Positions 36,607 to 47,700 of a DNA stretch of 64,000 nt are shown here, one piece after another. A model generated the notes under the pieces. It was given only the letters and a program-made list of their open reading frames with translations. It ran no database searches and was not told where the DNA came from. Each line of letters opens with the position of its first letter. Position 1 is the stretch's first letter. The position numbers were made by a program, and so were the translations under genes. The stretch is from Thermodesulfobacteriota bacterium. Its GTDB lineage: Bacteria; Desulfobacterota; Desulfobulbia; Desulfobulbales; SURF-16. The DNA lies in assembly GCA_040755455.1 (NCBI GenBank), contig JBFMAY010000001.1, forward strand, positions 256,001-320,000, in the 5' to 3' direction.

Positions 36607-36895
36607 TTCATGATCTCAAGATTATCTGTTGCATGTAGCAAAGTACCCTCATTTACTTCGCTGTCGCAAATTAACTCCTTTTGCCGGCAAAGGCTATGAA
36701 AAGATTGCCGGTGGTTATGATTTGGTCAGGGATGGCTGAAATTGTTGAGAAATATGGCAAAGAGGGGGGGGGCAGGGCGCGTCCCGGCGGGGGGGGGGGG
36801 CCCCCAAAGTCGCCTGCCGGGCATGGGTAAAAAAAGCACAATTCCGCCGGACAGCGGCCATTTTTGCACCAGTCTAGCCGGGCTGAACTGGTGGT

Positions 36896-37414
36896 TTATG
36901 CCTGGCCGACGGAGACATCGTCCTCGTTGAGATGGATACTGTTCAGCAGCTCTTTGGGAAATTTCGTGCGTATACGCTTGATGGCGGCGAAGATCGAGTG
37001 GGCCGGATAATCAGGCCAGACGATTTCCTGCTTATCGGCATAGGCGGTGGTGACGAATTGTTTTTTCCTGATGGAGAAATGATGGGTCCAGTTGATTTCT
37101 ATCGTTTCCGGGTTTTCGTTGAGCTCCACCTCGATTCTGCGGCCCTGGTCAGCCACCCGCACGGCATCCATGTCGGTTATCTCCAGCAGCCAGGCATCAC
37201 CCCGTTCGGTGGAGAACAGGACAAAAACGCCCAGGGGCTTCACCAGCTTTTCCTTTTTAGCAGCTGCCTCCTGCAGCTTTTCAATCTCACTTTTCAAGGT
37301 TACCTGGGGGGCGGCCTGTCCCGCAACCGGTTTAAAGTCAACCTTGCCTTGGCAGCATTTTTTATATTTCTGTCCGCTGCCGCAGGGGCAGGGATCATTG
37401 CGTCCTATTTTCAT
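36896..37414 (-). CDS. SEC-C motif protein
   Basis: [20 protein letters not shown]. Confidence 0.9.
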   Translation of the reverse strand: MKIGRNDPCPCGSGQKYKKCCQGKVDFKPVAGQAAPQVTLKSEIEKLQEAAAKKEKLVKPLGVFVLFSTERGDAWLLEITDMDAVRVADQGRRIEVELNENPETIEINWTHHFSIRKKQFVTTAYADKQEIVWPDYPAHSIFAAIKRIRTKFPKELLNSIHLNEDDVSVGQA

Positions 37415-37605
37415 GGTCAGTCCTTTGTGTTGTGATAAGCAAACGCCATCCCCCGATCGGGATTTTCCTGATTTCCTTTCCGGTTTATTGCATGGGGTTG
37501 CAGGGATGGCAAAAGAAAGAGAAATGTTTCCGGATGCAGGGAGACTGGTTGTTAATAATTCTGTTTAACAATTAACCATTTTCCCGGCCGGATTGTCAAT
37601 TGCCA

Positions 37606-40398
37606 TCACTTCATTTTAACAATTTTTTCCTGATTGATGTAATAGCGCAGCAGTTCCGCGAAGAGATCATCCCGGCCGGTATAGATCTGATTGCTGCTGT
37701 TTAAGATCTGCTGCAGCGCCACCTGATAGGCGTCAACGCCGATGATGCTTTCATGGATATAGTCATCGCCTGATTTTTCCTCGAGCAGCCGCTTCATGTA
37801 GCGGTCGACGTTGGCCCAGTAAACATGGTTGTTGCGGAAGATGGGGTCATTGCGTTTGGCCGCCTCTATTTCCGCATCCATCATTTCCTGCAGTTCCTGC
37901 TGGAAAAGGTAATTATAGATCCGTCCGCCGATCTGGGTCGGTCCCTCGGAGGAAAACCCCACGTTGCTTGTGCCGCCGCTGGTCAATGTCACGGAAACGA
38001 TCATGGTCATGGTCTTATCCGGATGGGCGAGCCTGTCCCGGTAAGGGTTGAAATGACTGACAAACAGGGCGGAGCGTCCTTTGGGCGCCGTGCCGGTCTT
38101 GCCGGACACCAGGTTGCGGTGGTATTTGAATTCCGATTTCATGGTGGCCCCGGTGCCGCGGTTGCAGACCTCGTACAGGGCCTGCATCTCGTCCTCGCGC
38201 TCCTTTTTCGAGTCAAACAGGGCAATGGCCTGTTTGTCCCGGTCCCGGCCTCCATCAAAAATGACCTTGCCGTCAACGAGAATGCGTTTGACAAAGGAGG
38301 GTTCACGGTAATAGCCGTCAAGAAAGGCGTTGTACACCGCCAGCCACTGCTGCACCGGCACATCGGAGGAGCCGATGCCGAACGGCCAGAAACGGGCGTC
38401 CTCCCGGTTGTAGCGCAGGCCGATGCGGTCAAAGGCGAGCAGCAGCGAATTGCTGATCTGTTTGTTGGAGTAAAGTCTGGCGAAAATGGTGTTGACCGAC
38501 AGAACCTGGGCCTCCAACAGCGAATACTGCCGGCCCAGAAAGTGGTTCGCCCCCTGGCCTTCACCGTCATAGTTATACCAGTTGCGCGGCAGCCAGACCT
38601 CCCGGCCTTCACTTTCCACATATTTGTATTCCAGCGGTTTGTCGGCCAGCAGGGTCTGCAGGGTGGCATTGCTGGTGGTCATGGCAAAATAGGCGATAAC
38701 CGGTTTAATGGTTGAGGACGGGGTGATGGTGGCCTGTTTGTTCATCAGGTCGATGATGACCGGCTCTCCCACGTCATCCGTGGCCACCGAGTCGCTTTCT
38801 CCCCTGATGAATTCCTTGCCGCCCACATAGGAAATGATCTCGCCCTGCTGGTTGATGATGATGATGCCGGCATTGACGTTGCGGTAAAGATCTGCCATGT
38901 AGCCGTCAAAATCGGCAAAAGGGGGCGTCATGTTCCTGTCCAGGTAGTACTGCAGGTCCTTTTTCCAGGAATTTCTGTTCCTATCCTGCAGAATTTTGCG
39001 GTATTCGGGACTGTTGAGCAGGCTGGCGATGCTTTCCTTGCTTTTTTCCACCAGGGAGAGATCCACCGCGGTTTCCACCAGCACATCGCCCCGTACATCA
39101 AGCATGAGCTGGGCGCCGGTAACGGTCTGGTCGTCTATGGAATAGGTGCGGGAGCAGACTTCCCTGATAACGTTCCAGGAGGCCCACTCTTCCTCGCCGT
39201 AAAGGGGGGACCGGTAATCCCTGAAGCCGATGGCCCGGATCGATTCTTCATCGGTGAGCCGCCACTGCTGGTATTGTTCCGGGGTGATTTCCTGCAGAGC
39301 AAGCAGATAGCCCAGGGCCAGATTGATTTTGTTGATCGCCTCCCTGGCGTGGCGGAGCTGCTCCTTGTCCAGGTCGGTAAAATTCTTGCCCCTGACGATC
39401 TGGTAAAAGGCCAGCTGACGGTTATGATTGGGGATAAATGAGGCGATGGCCACAAGCTGCTGCAGGCTGAGTTCCGGCAGTTCCTTTTTGAAATAGTTCC
39501 GGGCCGCAACGCTGAAGCCGTACATGTTGCTGCCCACCGGCACCGTATTGATATAGAAGTCCAGGTTGGCGTCCTTGCCGAATTTGGCCACCATCATATA
39601 GGAAATGATGATCTCTTCGAGTTTATTGGCAATGGTCCGGTCGGAGTTGCCGAGAATCTTTTTGGCGTTCTGCATGACCACGGTGCTCGCTCCCCGGGGA
39701 TGACCAAGCAGGGTGTCCTTGACCGCGCCGGCTAGATTGGGCCAGCTGACCCCGGTGTGGATGAGAAACAGATTGACATACCAGGGATTATTTTCATGGG
39801 GCATGAAGTAATGGTCTTCACAGGCGAGCAGGGCGAGTTTGGCCTTGAGGGGAATTTCCTTGATAATATTGCGCTGGCCGTATGACTTGATCAGAGCGCC
39901 GCCGGTATCGACGATTTTGGCGGAATGGGCGTAAGTTGCCAGACTTTCGGGCAACCGCTGGATCGGTGCCGTGTCATAAATTGATCTGGCGGCGAGAAAT
40001 TCGATGATATGCTGGGTGGGACCGGGCAGAAAATTAATGAAAAAGAGCAGAGCGAGACAGATAGAGGTCCATTTGAGCAGGCGGGGCATCCAGTAGGTGA
40101 CGAGAAAGATCATTCTCTTCACCGGATTTTCCCACGGGAAAACTATTTTTTTATGGGGATTCTTTTCCAGCTCCTTGAGATATTTATGGTAGCTCTCTTC
40201 GAGATGTTTGCTTTCCCGCAGCCCCTTCACTATTTTCTTTTCCGTTATCCCTCTGTTGATGTCGCTTTTGGAAAAGGTGTGCTGAAAGGCCTTATATTTG
40301 ATGGCCTGTTGTTTTAAGATCTGCTGTTCGTTCTTTTCAGCCGGGCCGGCCTGGGCGTCGTGCTGATTTTTTTTTCTTTGCGGATCGGTGCTGGCCAT
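37606..40398 (-). CDS. bifunctional penicillin-binding protein (transglycosylase + transpeptidase)
   Basis: TM anchor; EDHYF, GASTVVMQNAK, KLEE; SxxK (STIK), SxN (SVN), KTG. Confidence 0.85.
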   Translation of the reverse strand: MASTDPQRKKNQHDAQAGPAEKNEQQILKQQAIKYKAFQHTFSKSDINRGITEKKIVKGLRESKHLEESYHKYLKELEKNPHKKIVFPWENPVKRMIFLVTYWMPRLLKWTSICLALLFFINFLPGPTQHIIEFLAARSIYDTAPIQRLPESLATYAHSAKIVDTGGALIKSYGQRNIIKEIPLKAKLALLACEDHYFMPHENNPWYVNLFLIHTGVSWPNLAGAVKDTLLGHPRGASTVVMQNAKKILGNSDRTIANKLEEIIISYMMVAKFGKDANLDFYINTVPVGSNMYGFSVAARNYFKKELPELSLQQLVAIASFIPNHNRQLAFYQIVRGKNFTDLDKEQLRHAREAINKINLALGYLLALQEITPEQYQQWRLTDEESIRAIGFRDYRSPLYGEEEWASWNVIREVCSRTYSIDDQTVTGAQLMLDVRGDVLVETAVDLSLVEKSKESIASLLNSPEYRKILQDRNRNSWKKDLQYYLDRNMTPPFADFDGYMADLYRNVNAGIIIINQQGEIISYVGGKEFIRGESDSVATDDVGEPVIIDLMNKQATITPSSTIKPVIAYFAMTTSNATLQTLLADKPLEYKYVESEGREVWLPRNWYNYDGEGQGANHFLGRQYSLLEAQVLSVNTIFARLYSNKQISNSLLLAFDRIGLRYNREDARFWPFGIGSSDVPVQQWLAVYNAFLDGYYREPSFVKRILVDGKVIFDGGRDRDKQAIALFDSKKEREDEMQALYEVCNRGTGATMKSEFKYHRNLVSGKTGTAPKGRSALFVSHFNPYRDRLAHPDKTMTMIVSVTLTSGGTSNVGFSSEGPTQIGGRIYNYLFQQELQEMMDAEIEAAKRNDPIFRNNHVYWANVDRYMKRLLEEKSGDDYIHESIIGVDAYQVALQQILNSSNQIYTGRDDLFAELLRYYINQEKIVKMK

Positions 40399-40726
40399 TT
40401 TTTTCGTGAAATTTCCTGGGCGGAGAGGTTTGCGGAGAGTTTTATTATTTTCTCTTCGTCTTCTGCAAATGTTCCGTGCTAAAATAAAACTGCCTGTTTC
40501 GGCAAGGATGCTTTCATCTGAATGAGTTTACTGTGTAACTTGTCGGACTTCAAATGAAAGTTATTGAAAGATTTCTTTCAGTCCAGACGGCAACAGTCCG
40601 ATAAAAAAGATATTGACCAGGCGCAATACCATTAGCTGCCGGTTTAGTGAAAAAAAATGCCCGCCGGCGGAAAACTTTGCCGCTTCAGTCTGTAAAAATG
40701 ATGAAAACCGGGGATGTTTTATCAAC

Positions 40727-43372
40727 ATGATCGTTCGCTGCACGTGTGGATTTGCCAAGGAGATCAGTCCCGGGCCGCAGGACAGGGATGTCCGCTGCCC
40801 TAAATGCCGTTCTCTGGTCAGGGTTCCCGGCCTGCAGTCCGGCGGGGACTTGACCGCGCTGTTTGCCTGCCGCCAGTGCGGTTTTTCCAAGAAACTGCCG
40901 GGACGCTATGTGGGCAGGACTTCGGCCTGTCCGCAATGCAAAACCCCGGCAACCGTCATCCTGCCGCCATCCGGTCCCCAAAAGGCCCCCTCAAAGGGCT
41001 CCTTATTATTTCTTGCCGTTTCCGCCTTGTTCCGCAGGCATTGGCAAGCCCTGCAAGCCAGGCCGCGGCCGCAGAAAATAGTGCTGGCCGTTTTCTCTCT
41101 GCTGATTGTTTCCGCTGCCCTTCTCGCTTATGTAAATGATCGCATGCCCGCCCTGTTCGCCACCGGTCTGCCACCTGAGCTTGAGTACCGGCCTCTGCCT
41201 CTTGGCAAGCTGCCGGTCCAGTCTCCTGAATATACCCGCATGGTGGAGGTTGCCCGCATTCTCCAGTCATCCAGGAATCTCAAGGGCAAGGATCTGAGCG
41301 GCATCAACCTGTCCGCCATGGACCTGCGGGATGTGGATCTGCGGGACGCCAATCTCGAGAAGGCGGATCTGAGCAAGGCCGATCTGTTCAGGGCGGATCT
41401 GCGGCGGGCTAATCTCAAAGGGGCGAATCTGCAGTATACTGATTTGACTGAGAGTGTTCTCAAGGAGGCCGAGCTGGTTGAGGCGGCCATCAACAGGGCG
41501 GATTTGACCGCAGCCAATCTGACAAAGGCCAATCTTACCCGCGCCAATCTTACCCGCGCTAATCTGCGCAGCGCTGTGCTCGCGGAGGCCAATCTGGCAG
41601 GGGCCATCCTGGTCGAGGCGGACTGCAGTATGGCCGACGCCAGCGGAGCGGATTTTGCCGGCGCCGATCTGACCAGGACCAATGTGCGGGAGATGAATTT
41701 CCGCAAGGCGCGGCTGGATGGGAGCAATCTGACCACCACTGATCTGCGGGGCGTTGATCTGTCCGACACCAGTCTCAAGGGGGCTGATTTTTCCAGGGCG
41801 AAACTGGCCGGGATACAGATGGTGGGGGCGGATGTTACCGGAGGAAAACTGTACGGCAGCGATTTGCGCGGGGCCAATCTGACCCTGGCCAATTTTGCCG
41901 AAGCTGATTTGAGCACGGCCATGCTGCAGGGCGCCGTGCTGGAGAAGGCGCGGTTTTCCCGGGCGAATCTGCACCAGGCCCAGCTTGCCGAGGCCAAACT
42001 GCTGCGCACCGAACTGCGCCAGGCCAATCTGACCAGCGCCGTGCTGGACCGGGGTGACCTGACCGGGGCACTGCTCACTGAAGCAAATATGACCAATGCC
42101 AGCCTGGTGGGAGCAAAAATTGCCAAAGCAGTGCTGGATAATGCCAATCTGACCGGGGCCAATCTGCAGGGGGCAAGCCTCATTGATGAGGCCAGTCTGG
42201 TCAGGGCCAACCTGACCGGCAGCAACCTTGGTAAGGCGGACCTGAGCCAGGCCAATCTGAGCCAGGCCAACCTAACCGATGCCTCTCTGCAGGAGGCGCT
42301 GCTGCATCAGACGAATCTGCAGAATGCCTATCTGAATAATGCCAATCTCACCAACAGTGACCTGACCAGCGCGGACCTGACCAATGCCGACCTGAAAGGG
42401 GCCAATCTCACCGGCATCAATCTTTCCAGCAGTTTCAGCCTGAGTGTGCGCAACATGAGTTCCGCTCTTTTCGATGATATCCGCTTTATCCGCTTTGATC
42501 TGAGCAACGCCAATCTGACCAGCGCCAAATTGTCCTATGCGGATCTGCGCTATGTGGATTTTTCCAATGCCGATCTGACCAAGGCCGATCTGACCAAGGC
42601 CAATCTGGGCAGGGCCGATTTCCGCTGGGCCAATCTCACCGATGCCAACCTGACGGAGGCGGAGGTTGAGGATGCCATTTTCACCGATGCCGATCTTACC
42701 CGGACAAATCTCGACAAGGTTGCCTTGTCCCTTGCCGAGATACGGAACGCCAAGAATCTGAACAGGGCGACCAATGTCGATGGCAATGAGTTGCAAAAAG
42801 TTGCGGAACAGGGCGGCGGCGAGGAGCCGCTGGCTGGCGGGGGTGAGACGGTTGCGGCGAAAGTCGCGGATGACGATCTGCCGGCAGGGGAGGATGGCCG
42901 GTCGGTCAAGATCTGGGGGCTCAAAATTGAACATTTCGGCCTGATCCGCCAACCCTTTAAAGAGGAGAAGGAGTTGAACGCCGCCTTTGCGAATTTAAGT
43001 GAAATTGAGGCAAATCTGGTGAAGCACCGCATGTTTGACGCAGGAGAGGCCGGGGTGCCGGCCCACAAAGGAATGGCAATGGGAGTGCTTTATTCGGTCA
43101 ATTTCATGCCGGGCAATCAGGAGATCCCGGTTACCATCAAATGGCTGAGTCCGGATAAAAAGGTCGTCGGCAGCGAATCAGCCAGCGCCGGTTATTGCCG
43201 GCGCCAGGTGGCGTCCTACAGTTTTGCCGGCGACGGCGAGCCCCAGCCGGGTTCCTGGCTGGTGGAGTTCTACTATAAGAACCGCAAAATCGGCAGCCAG
43301 GAAATAGCTGTCATCTCTGCCGAGCGTTTTGCTGAACGCAGCAGGCGGCTGGAGGCGGGACGCCGGGAGTAG
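40727..43372 (+). CDS. membrane-anchored pentapeptide-repeat protein with N-terminal zinc ribbons
   Basis: CTC/CPKC/CRQC/CPQC, one TM, roughly 500 aa of A(D/N)Lxx repeats, C-terminal beta domain (DUF3859-like). Confidence 0.9.
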   Translation: MIVRCTCGFAKEISPGPQDRDVRCPKCRSLVRVPGLQSGGDLTALFACRQCGFSKKLPGRYVGRTSACPQCKTPATVILPPSGPQKAPSKGSLLFLAVSALFRRHWQALQARPRPQKIVLAVFSLLIVSAALLAYVNDRMPALFATGLPPELEYRPLPLGKLPVQSPEYTRMVEVARILQSSRNLKGKDLSGINLSAMDLRDVDLRDANLEKADLSKADLFRADLRRANLKGANLQYTDLTESVLKEAELVEAAINRADLTAANLTKANLTRANLTRANLRSAVLAEANLAGAILVEADCSMADASGADFAGADLTRTNVREMNFRKARLDGSNLTTTDLRGVDLSDTSLKGADFSRAKLAGIQMVGADVTGGKLYGSDLRGANLTLANFAEADLSTAMLQGAVLEKARFSRANLHQAQLAEAKLLRTELRQANLTSAVLDRGDLTGALLTEANMTNASLVGAKIAKAVLDNANLTGANLQGASLIDEASLVRANLTGSNLGKADLSQANLSQANLTDASLQEALLHQTNLQNAYLNNANLTNSDLTSADLTNADLKGANLTGINLSSSFSLSVRNMSSALFDDIRFIRFDLSNANLTSAKLSYADLRYVDFSNADLTKADLTKANLGRADFRWANLTDANLTEAEVEDAIFTDADLTRTNLDKVALSLAEIRNAKNLNRATNVDGNELQKVAEQGGGEEPLAGGGETVAAKVADDDLPAGEDGRSVKIWGLKIEHFGLIRQPFKEEKELNAAFANLSEIEANLVKHRMFDAGEAGVPAHKGMAMGVLYSVNFMPGNQEIPVTIKWLSPDKKVVGSESASAGYCRRQVASYSFAGDGEPQPGSWLVEFYYKNRKIGSQEIAVISAERFAERSRRLEAGRRE

Positions 43373-43407
43373 GGCGCACCATCGTCCCGCTCCATGGGCA
43401 TCAGCTG

Positions 43408-44610
43408 CTACATGGCCTCTGACAGCGCCATGACCATGGCGCCTTTGGCGGTGGTGTTCAGCGGGTCATCCGCAATACGGATGCCGGAAATAGGGATGGG
43501 GAGACTCACTTTTCCCAGGCTTCTCTCGAACAGATCCTGGAAGCCTTTGGGCAGCACTGTGCCGCCGCTCAGCACAATGGGCACCGGATTGGCGATTTTC
43601 GGGATCTTGTCGCTCTTCTTCATCACCTTTTCCAAGGTGTCGAGCAGGGTGGAAACCAGATCGACATAGTAAATGTCAAGAGCGGTTTCAATGCGGTCCT
43701 TGGGTGGCCTGGCGAGGTTCAGTGAGCTTTCCTTGATGGTTTTTATTTTTGTCGCCGGCTCGCCCAGGGACACGCCGACCATGGTATCAATGTAATCGCC
43801 GCCCTTCTGGATGCTGAAACTGATGACCGGCACGGAGAGGTAGGAGAGGCAGATGTTGCACATGCCGCCGCCCATGCTGATGCCGATGCCGGTGAAGTTG
43901 TCGTTGGCCAGCTCGGCCATGATGGTGGCCAGCCCCTCGTTGATGGAAATGGGCCGGTAGCCCAGGCTGGTCAGATACATTTTCAGGATCGATTCGTGGT
44001 AGACCACCGAGTTGAGCCCGTCCACCGGCTCGCCGGGGAGGCTGAAACAGACGATTTCGCCGGTCTTGTCGGGCCGGGTGATCAGGGTGTCGATAATGGC
44101 CTGCAGGACATTGATGCCCTCATCCTCTTTGGCGCTCAACAGCCCTTTTTCCATGGTTCGCCGGGTGTTGGTGTTGAACATGTTGGCGAAGTTTTCCGCT
44201 GAATAGCCCAGAATATAGAACTGGTTGTGTTTTTCCAGAAAGGTAATGTTGTTTTCAACAAGAATTTTTTTGGTGAATTTGGAGTAGGGCACGGTAAAAA
44301 AGGCATTGAGCTGTTTGACCGTGTAAATGTTCTTGCCCTTGTTCTGCGACATGACGATATGGCTGGTGCCGATATCAAGGCCGATGGGGCCGGTCGGCTT
44401 TTCAGCTTCTTCGCCGATCTCTTTTTCCCTTGAAACAACCATCTTCTGTGATGCCTCAATAGCGGTCTCAATATGTTCCATATCCTGTACCATGCTCGTT
44501 CCCCCTTCATCACTGTCAATTATGGGACTTGGTTGCATTACGCTTGTGGTAGAGGGCGGCGAAAAGCGATTAATGGCCAAGTGTTTTTTCTTTTTTTTGA
44601 ATTGCGACAT
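43408..44610 (-). CDS. actin-fold ATPase, Mad28-like
   Basis: Phosphate-1 IGLDIGT, connect-1 INEGLA, phosphate-2 GISMGGG, GGDYID, adenosine IVLSGGT; subfamily call is from recollection. Confidence 0.75.
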   Translation of the reverse strand: MSQFKKKKKHLAINRFSPPSTTSVMQPSPIIDSDEGGTSMVQDMEHIETAIEASQKMVVSREKEIGEEAEKPTGPIGLDIGTSHIVMSQNKGKNIYTVKQLNAFFTVPYSKFTKKILVENNITFLEKHNQFYILGYSAENFANMFNTNTRRTMEKGLLSAKEDEGINVLQAIIDTLITRPDKTGEIVCFSLPGEPVDGLNSVVYHESILKMYLTSLGYRPISINEGLATIMAELANDNFTGIGISMGGGMCNICLSYLSVPVISFSIQKGGDYIDTMVGVSLGEPATKIKTIKESSLNLARPPKDRIETALDIYYVDLVSTLLDTLEKVMKKSDKIPKIANPVPIVLSGGTVLPKGFQDLFERSLGKVSLPIPISGIRIADDPLNTTAKGAMVMALSEAM

Positions 44611-44761
44611 TGGCGGTTACCTGCTACCACAATATACCTTGTAGAAGCGAAAATATTGCGTATAATTTTGCTGCTAGACTGGTAGTTTCCTTTATATATA
44701 GTATCAATCCTTGATTATAAACAAAATTTTTACTTTGTTTCAAATATTTATCGATTAATCC

Positions 44762-47700
44762 ATGAGAAATTCCATATCCTACCCGGAAGTTCTGCCCATT
44801 AGTTCCGAAAAAGAGCGTATCATCGAGACAATACGCAATCACCAGGTAGTGGTCATTGCCGGTGACACCGGTTCCGGGAAAAGCACCCAGATTCCCAAGA
44901 TGTGTCTTGCGGCGGGACAGGGCGAGAAAAAACTGATCGGCTGCACCCAGCCCCGGCGTCTTGCCGCCACCTCCGTTGCCACAAGGGTCCGCGAGGAGCT
45001 CGGCGCCCTCAGTCATCTGGTCGGCCACAAGATACGCTTCAGCAACCAGACCGGTCCGGCCACCCGCATCAAGTTCATGACCGACGGCATCCTGCTGGCC
45101 GAGACCCAGCACGATCCCGACCTGCGCGCCTATGATACTATTATAATCGATGAAGCCCATGAGAGAAGCCTTAATATTGATTTTCTGTTAGGAATTCTCA
45201 AAAAAGTCCTGAAAAAAAGAGCTGATCTGAAGATCATCATCACTTCGGCCACCATTGATACGGAGAAATTTTCCAGGGCCTTTGATGGGGCTCCGGTCAT
45301 TGAGGTGAGCGGCCGGACTTTTCCGGTGGAGATCCGCTATGCCGTGGCGGATGATGTGGGGCGGGCAGAGTCCGCCGCCCAGGACCTGGGCTATGTGGAA
45401 CAGGCTGCTCAGGCGGTGCTTGACCTGTGCCGTGCCGGGGCGGGCGGCGACATGCTGGTGTTCATGCCCACGGAACGCGACATCCGCGACACGATTGAAC
45501 TGCTGGGCAGGCTCTTTCGTAACGAAGGACCCGGCTCCCGCATCAAGGAAAGGACCCCCGAGATGCTGCCGCTGTTCGGCAGATTATCCGGCGCCGACCA
45601 GAACCGTATCTTTGCCAGGAGCACGGCACGCAAGATCGTGGTCTGCACCAATGTGGCGGAGACCTCGGTCACCGTGCCCGGCATCCGTTATGTAATCGAT
45701 ACCGGGCTTGCCCGCATCTCGACCTACAATGTCAGGGCGCAAACCACCAAGCTGCCGGTCAGCCCCATATCGCGGGCCAGCTGCGACCAGCGGGCCGGCC
45801 GCTGCGGCCGGGTGGGGCCGGGTATCTGCGTCAGGCTTTACAGTGAAGAGGACTACCTGGGGCGGCCGGAGTTCACCCTGCCGGAAATCGTCCGGGCCAA
45901 TCTGGCCGAGGTCATCCTGCGCATGATTGCCCTTGCCCTGGGCAGCCCGAAAAAATTTCCCTTTATTGATCCGCCCGCGCCAAGGGCAATTAACGACGGC
46001 TATCAGCAGCTGACCGAGCTTGGCGCCATTGACCGCAACCGGCGACTGACCGAACGGGGACGGATCATGGCCGGTCTGCCCCTTGATCCCCGCATCAGCC
46101 GGATGATTGTCAGTTCCCGGGAAAACGGTAGCCTGCGGGAGGTGGTGATCATCGCCGCCGCCTTAAGCATTCAGGACCCCCGGATCCGGCCGGCGGAAAA
46201 CACCCGGGAGGCTGATGCGGCCCATGCCCGCTTCCGCTCCGAGCGTTCCGATTTCCTCTCCTATCTCCATCTGTGGGACCTTTATGATGAGCTGGTCCGC
46301 GCCAAGAGGAGCAGATCCGCCCTGGGCAAATTCTGTAAAAATAATTTTCTGGCCTATCAGCGCATGCGGGAGTGGCGGGATATCCACGAGCAGATCTGGG
46401 CACAGCTCGCCACGGCGGGCAACAGCAAGGAGCATCATCTTTTCCTCAAATCATCCTGCCTGGCCGCGCTTGAGGTTGACCAGGAAAAGAAATACGCCAG
46501 GGGCTATGACCAGATCCACCAGGCGATTCTCGCCGGCAATCTGCGCAATATCGGTCTGAAAAAGGAAAAGAATATTTACCAGGGAGGGCAGGGCAAGGAG
46601 TTGATGATTTTCCCCGGTTCCGGCCAGTTCAACCGGGCCGGCCAGTGGATCATGGCCGCGGAACTGGTGGAAACCTCCCGGCTGTATGCCCGCACCGTGG
46701 CAGGCATCAAGCCGGAGTGGCTTGAGCCCCTGGCCGGGGAGCTGTGCCGTTTCAGCTACTCCGCCCCTCACTGGGAGAAGAGGTCCGGCCAGGTAACGGC
46801 TCTGGCCAAGGTGACCCTTTTCGGGCTGGTCATCGAGGCCAACCGGCGGGTAAACTTCGGGCCGCTCAAACCGGAGGAGGCCAGGCGGATTTTTATCCAG
46901 TCCGCCCTGGTGGAAGGGGAGTGCGGCGGCCATTTTGACTTTCTGGAAAAAAACCAACAGCTGATTGCCAGCCTGGCGGACCTGGAAGACCGCATGCGCC
47001 GCCGCGATATCCTGGTGGATGATTTCCTGCTCTATGAGTTCTATGACAAACGGTTGCCTGCCGATATTTTTGACCGTGCCGGTCTCATCCGCCTGGTGAA
47101 AAAAAACAAAGGGGATGATTTCCTGCGGATGCGGCGGGAGGATGTCCTCCGGCAGCTGCCTGAACGGGATGAACTGGCCGATTTTCCGCAGAAGATCCAT
47201 TGCGGCGAGCTGACCCTGCCGCTCAGTTACTCCTTTACCCCGGGTGAGGAAAATGACGGGGTGACGGTAAGTATCCCCGCTGATCTGACCGGCTATGTCC
47301 AGGCCGAAAAATTGGAGTGGCTGGTGCCCGGTCTGCTGCTTGAAAAAATTATCTTCCTACTCAAAGGACTGCCCAAGTCCATCCGCCGCCAGCTCATTCC
47401 CATCCCGCGTATCGCAGGTGAACTGCTGCCACAGCTCAGGCCTTATGAGGGGTCACTTTATCAGCAGCTGGAAGATGCGATCTTCCGCAGGTTCCGGCTG
47501 CAGATTGACCGGAGCGCCTGGCCCCGGGACGCTCTGCCGGAGCATCTTAAGATGCGCTGTCAGCTCGTTGACGGGACGGGCAAGCCGGTTGCCGGCAGCC
47601 GCGACTTTGCCGCGCTGGCCAGAAGTCCGGCCCAGGGGGGCGGCAGTCCACAGTTTGCGGCATTGCGCGGGAAATGGGAAAAGACCGGGGTGCAGGATTG

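Noticed and set aside
43408..44610. Calling the actin-like gene mreB, ftsA or mamK
   Set aside because: Motif variants and lack of mreCD, dcw or mam neighbours do not support those names
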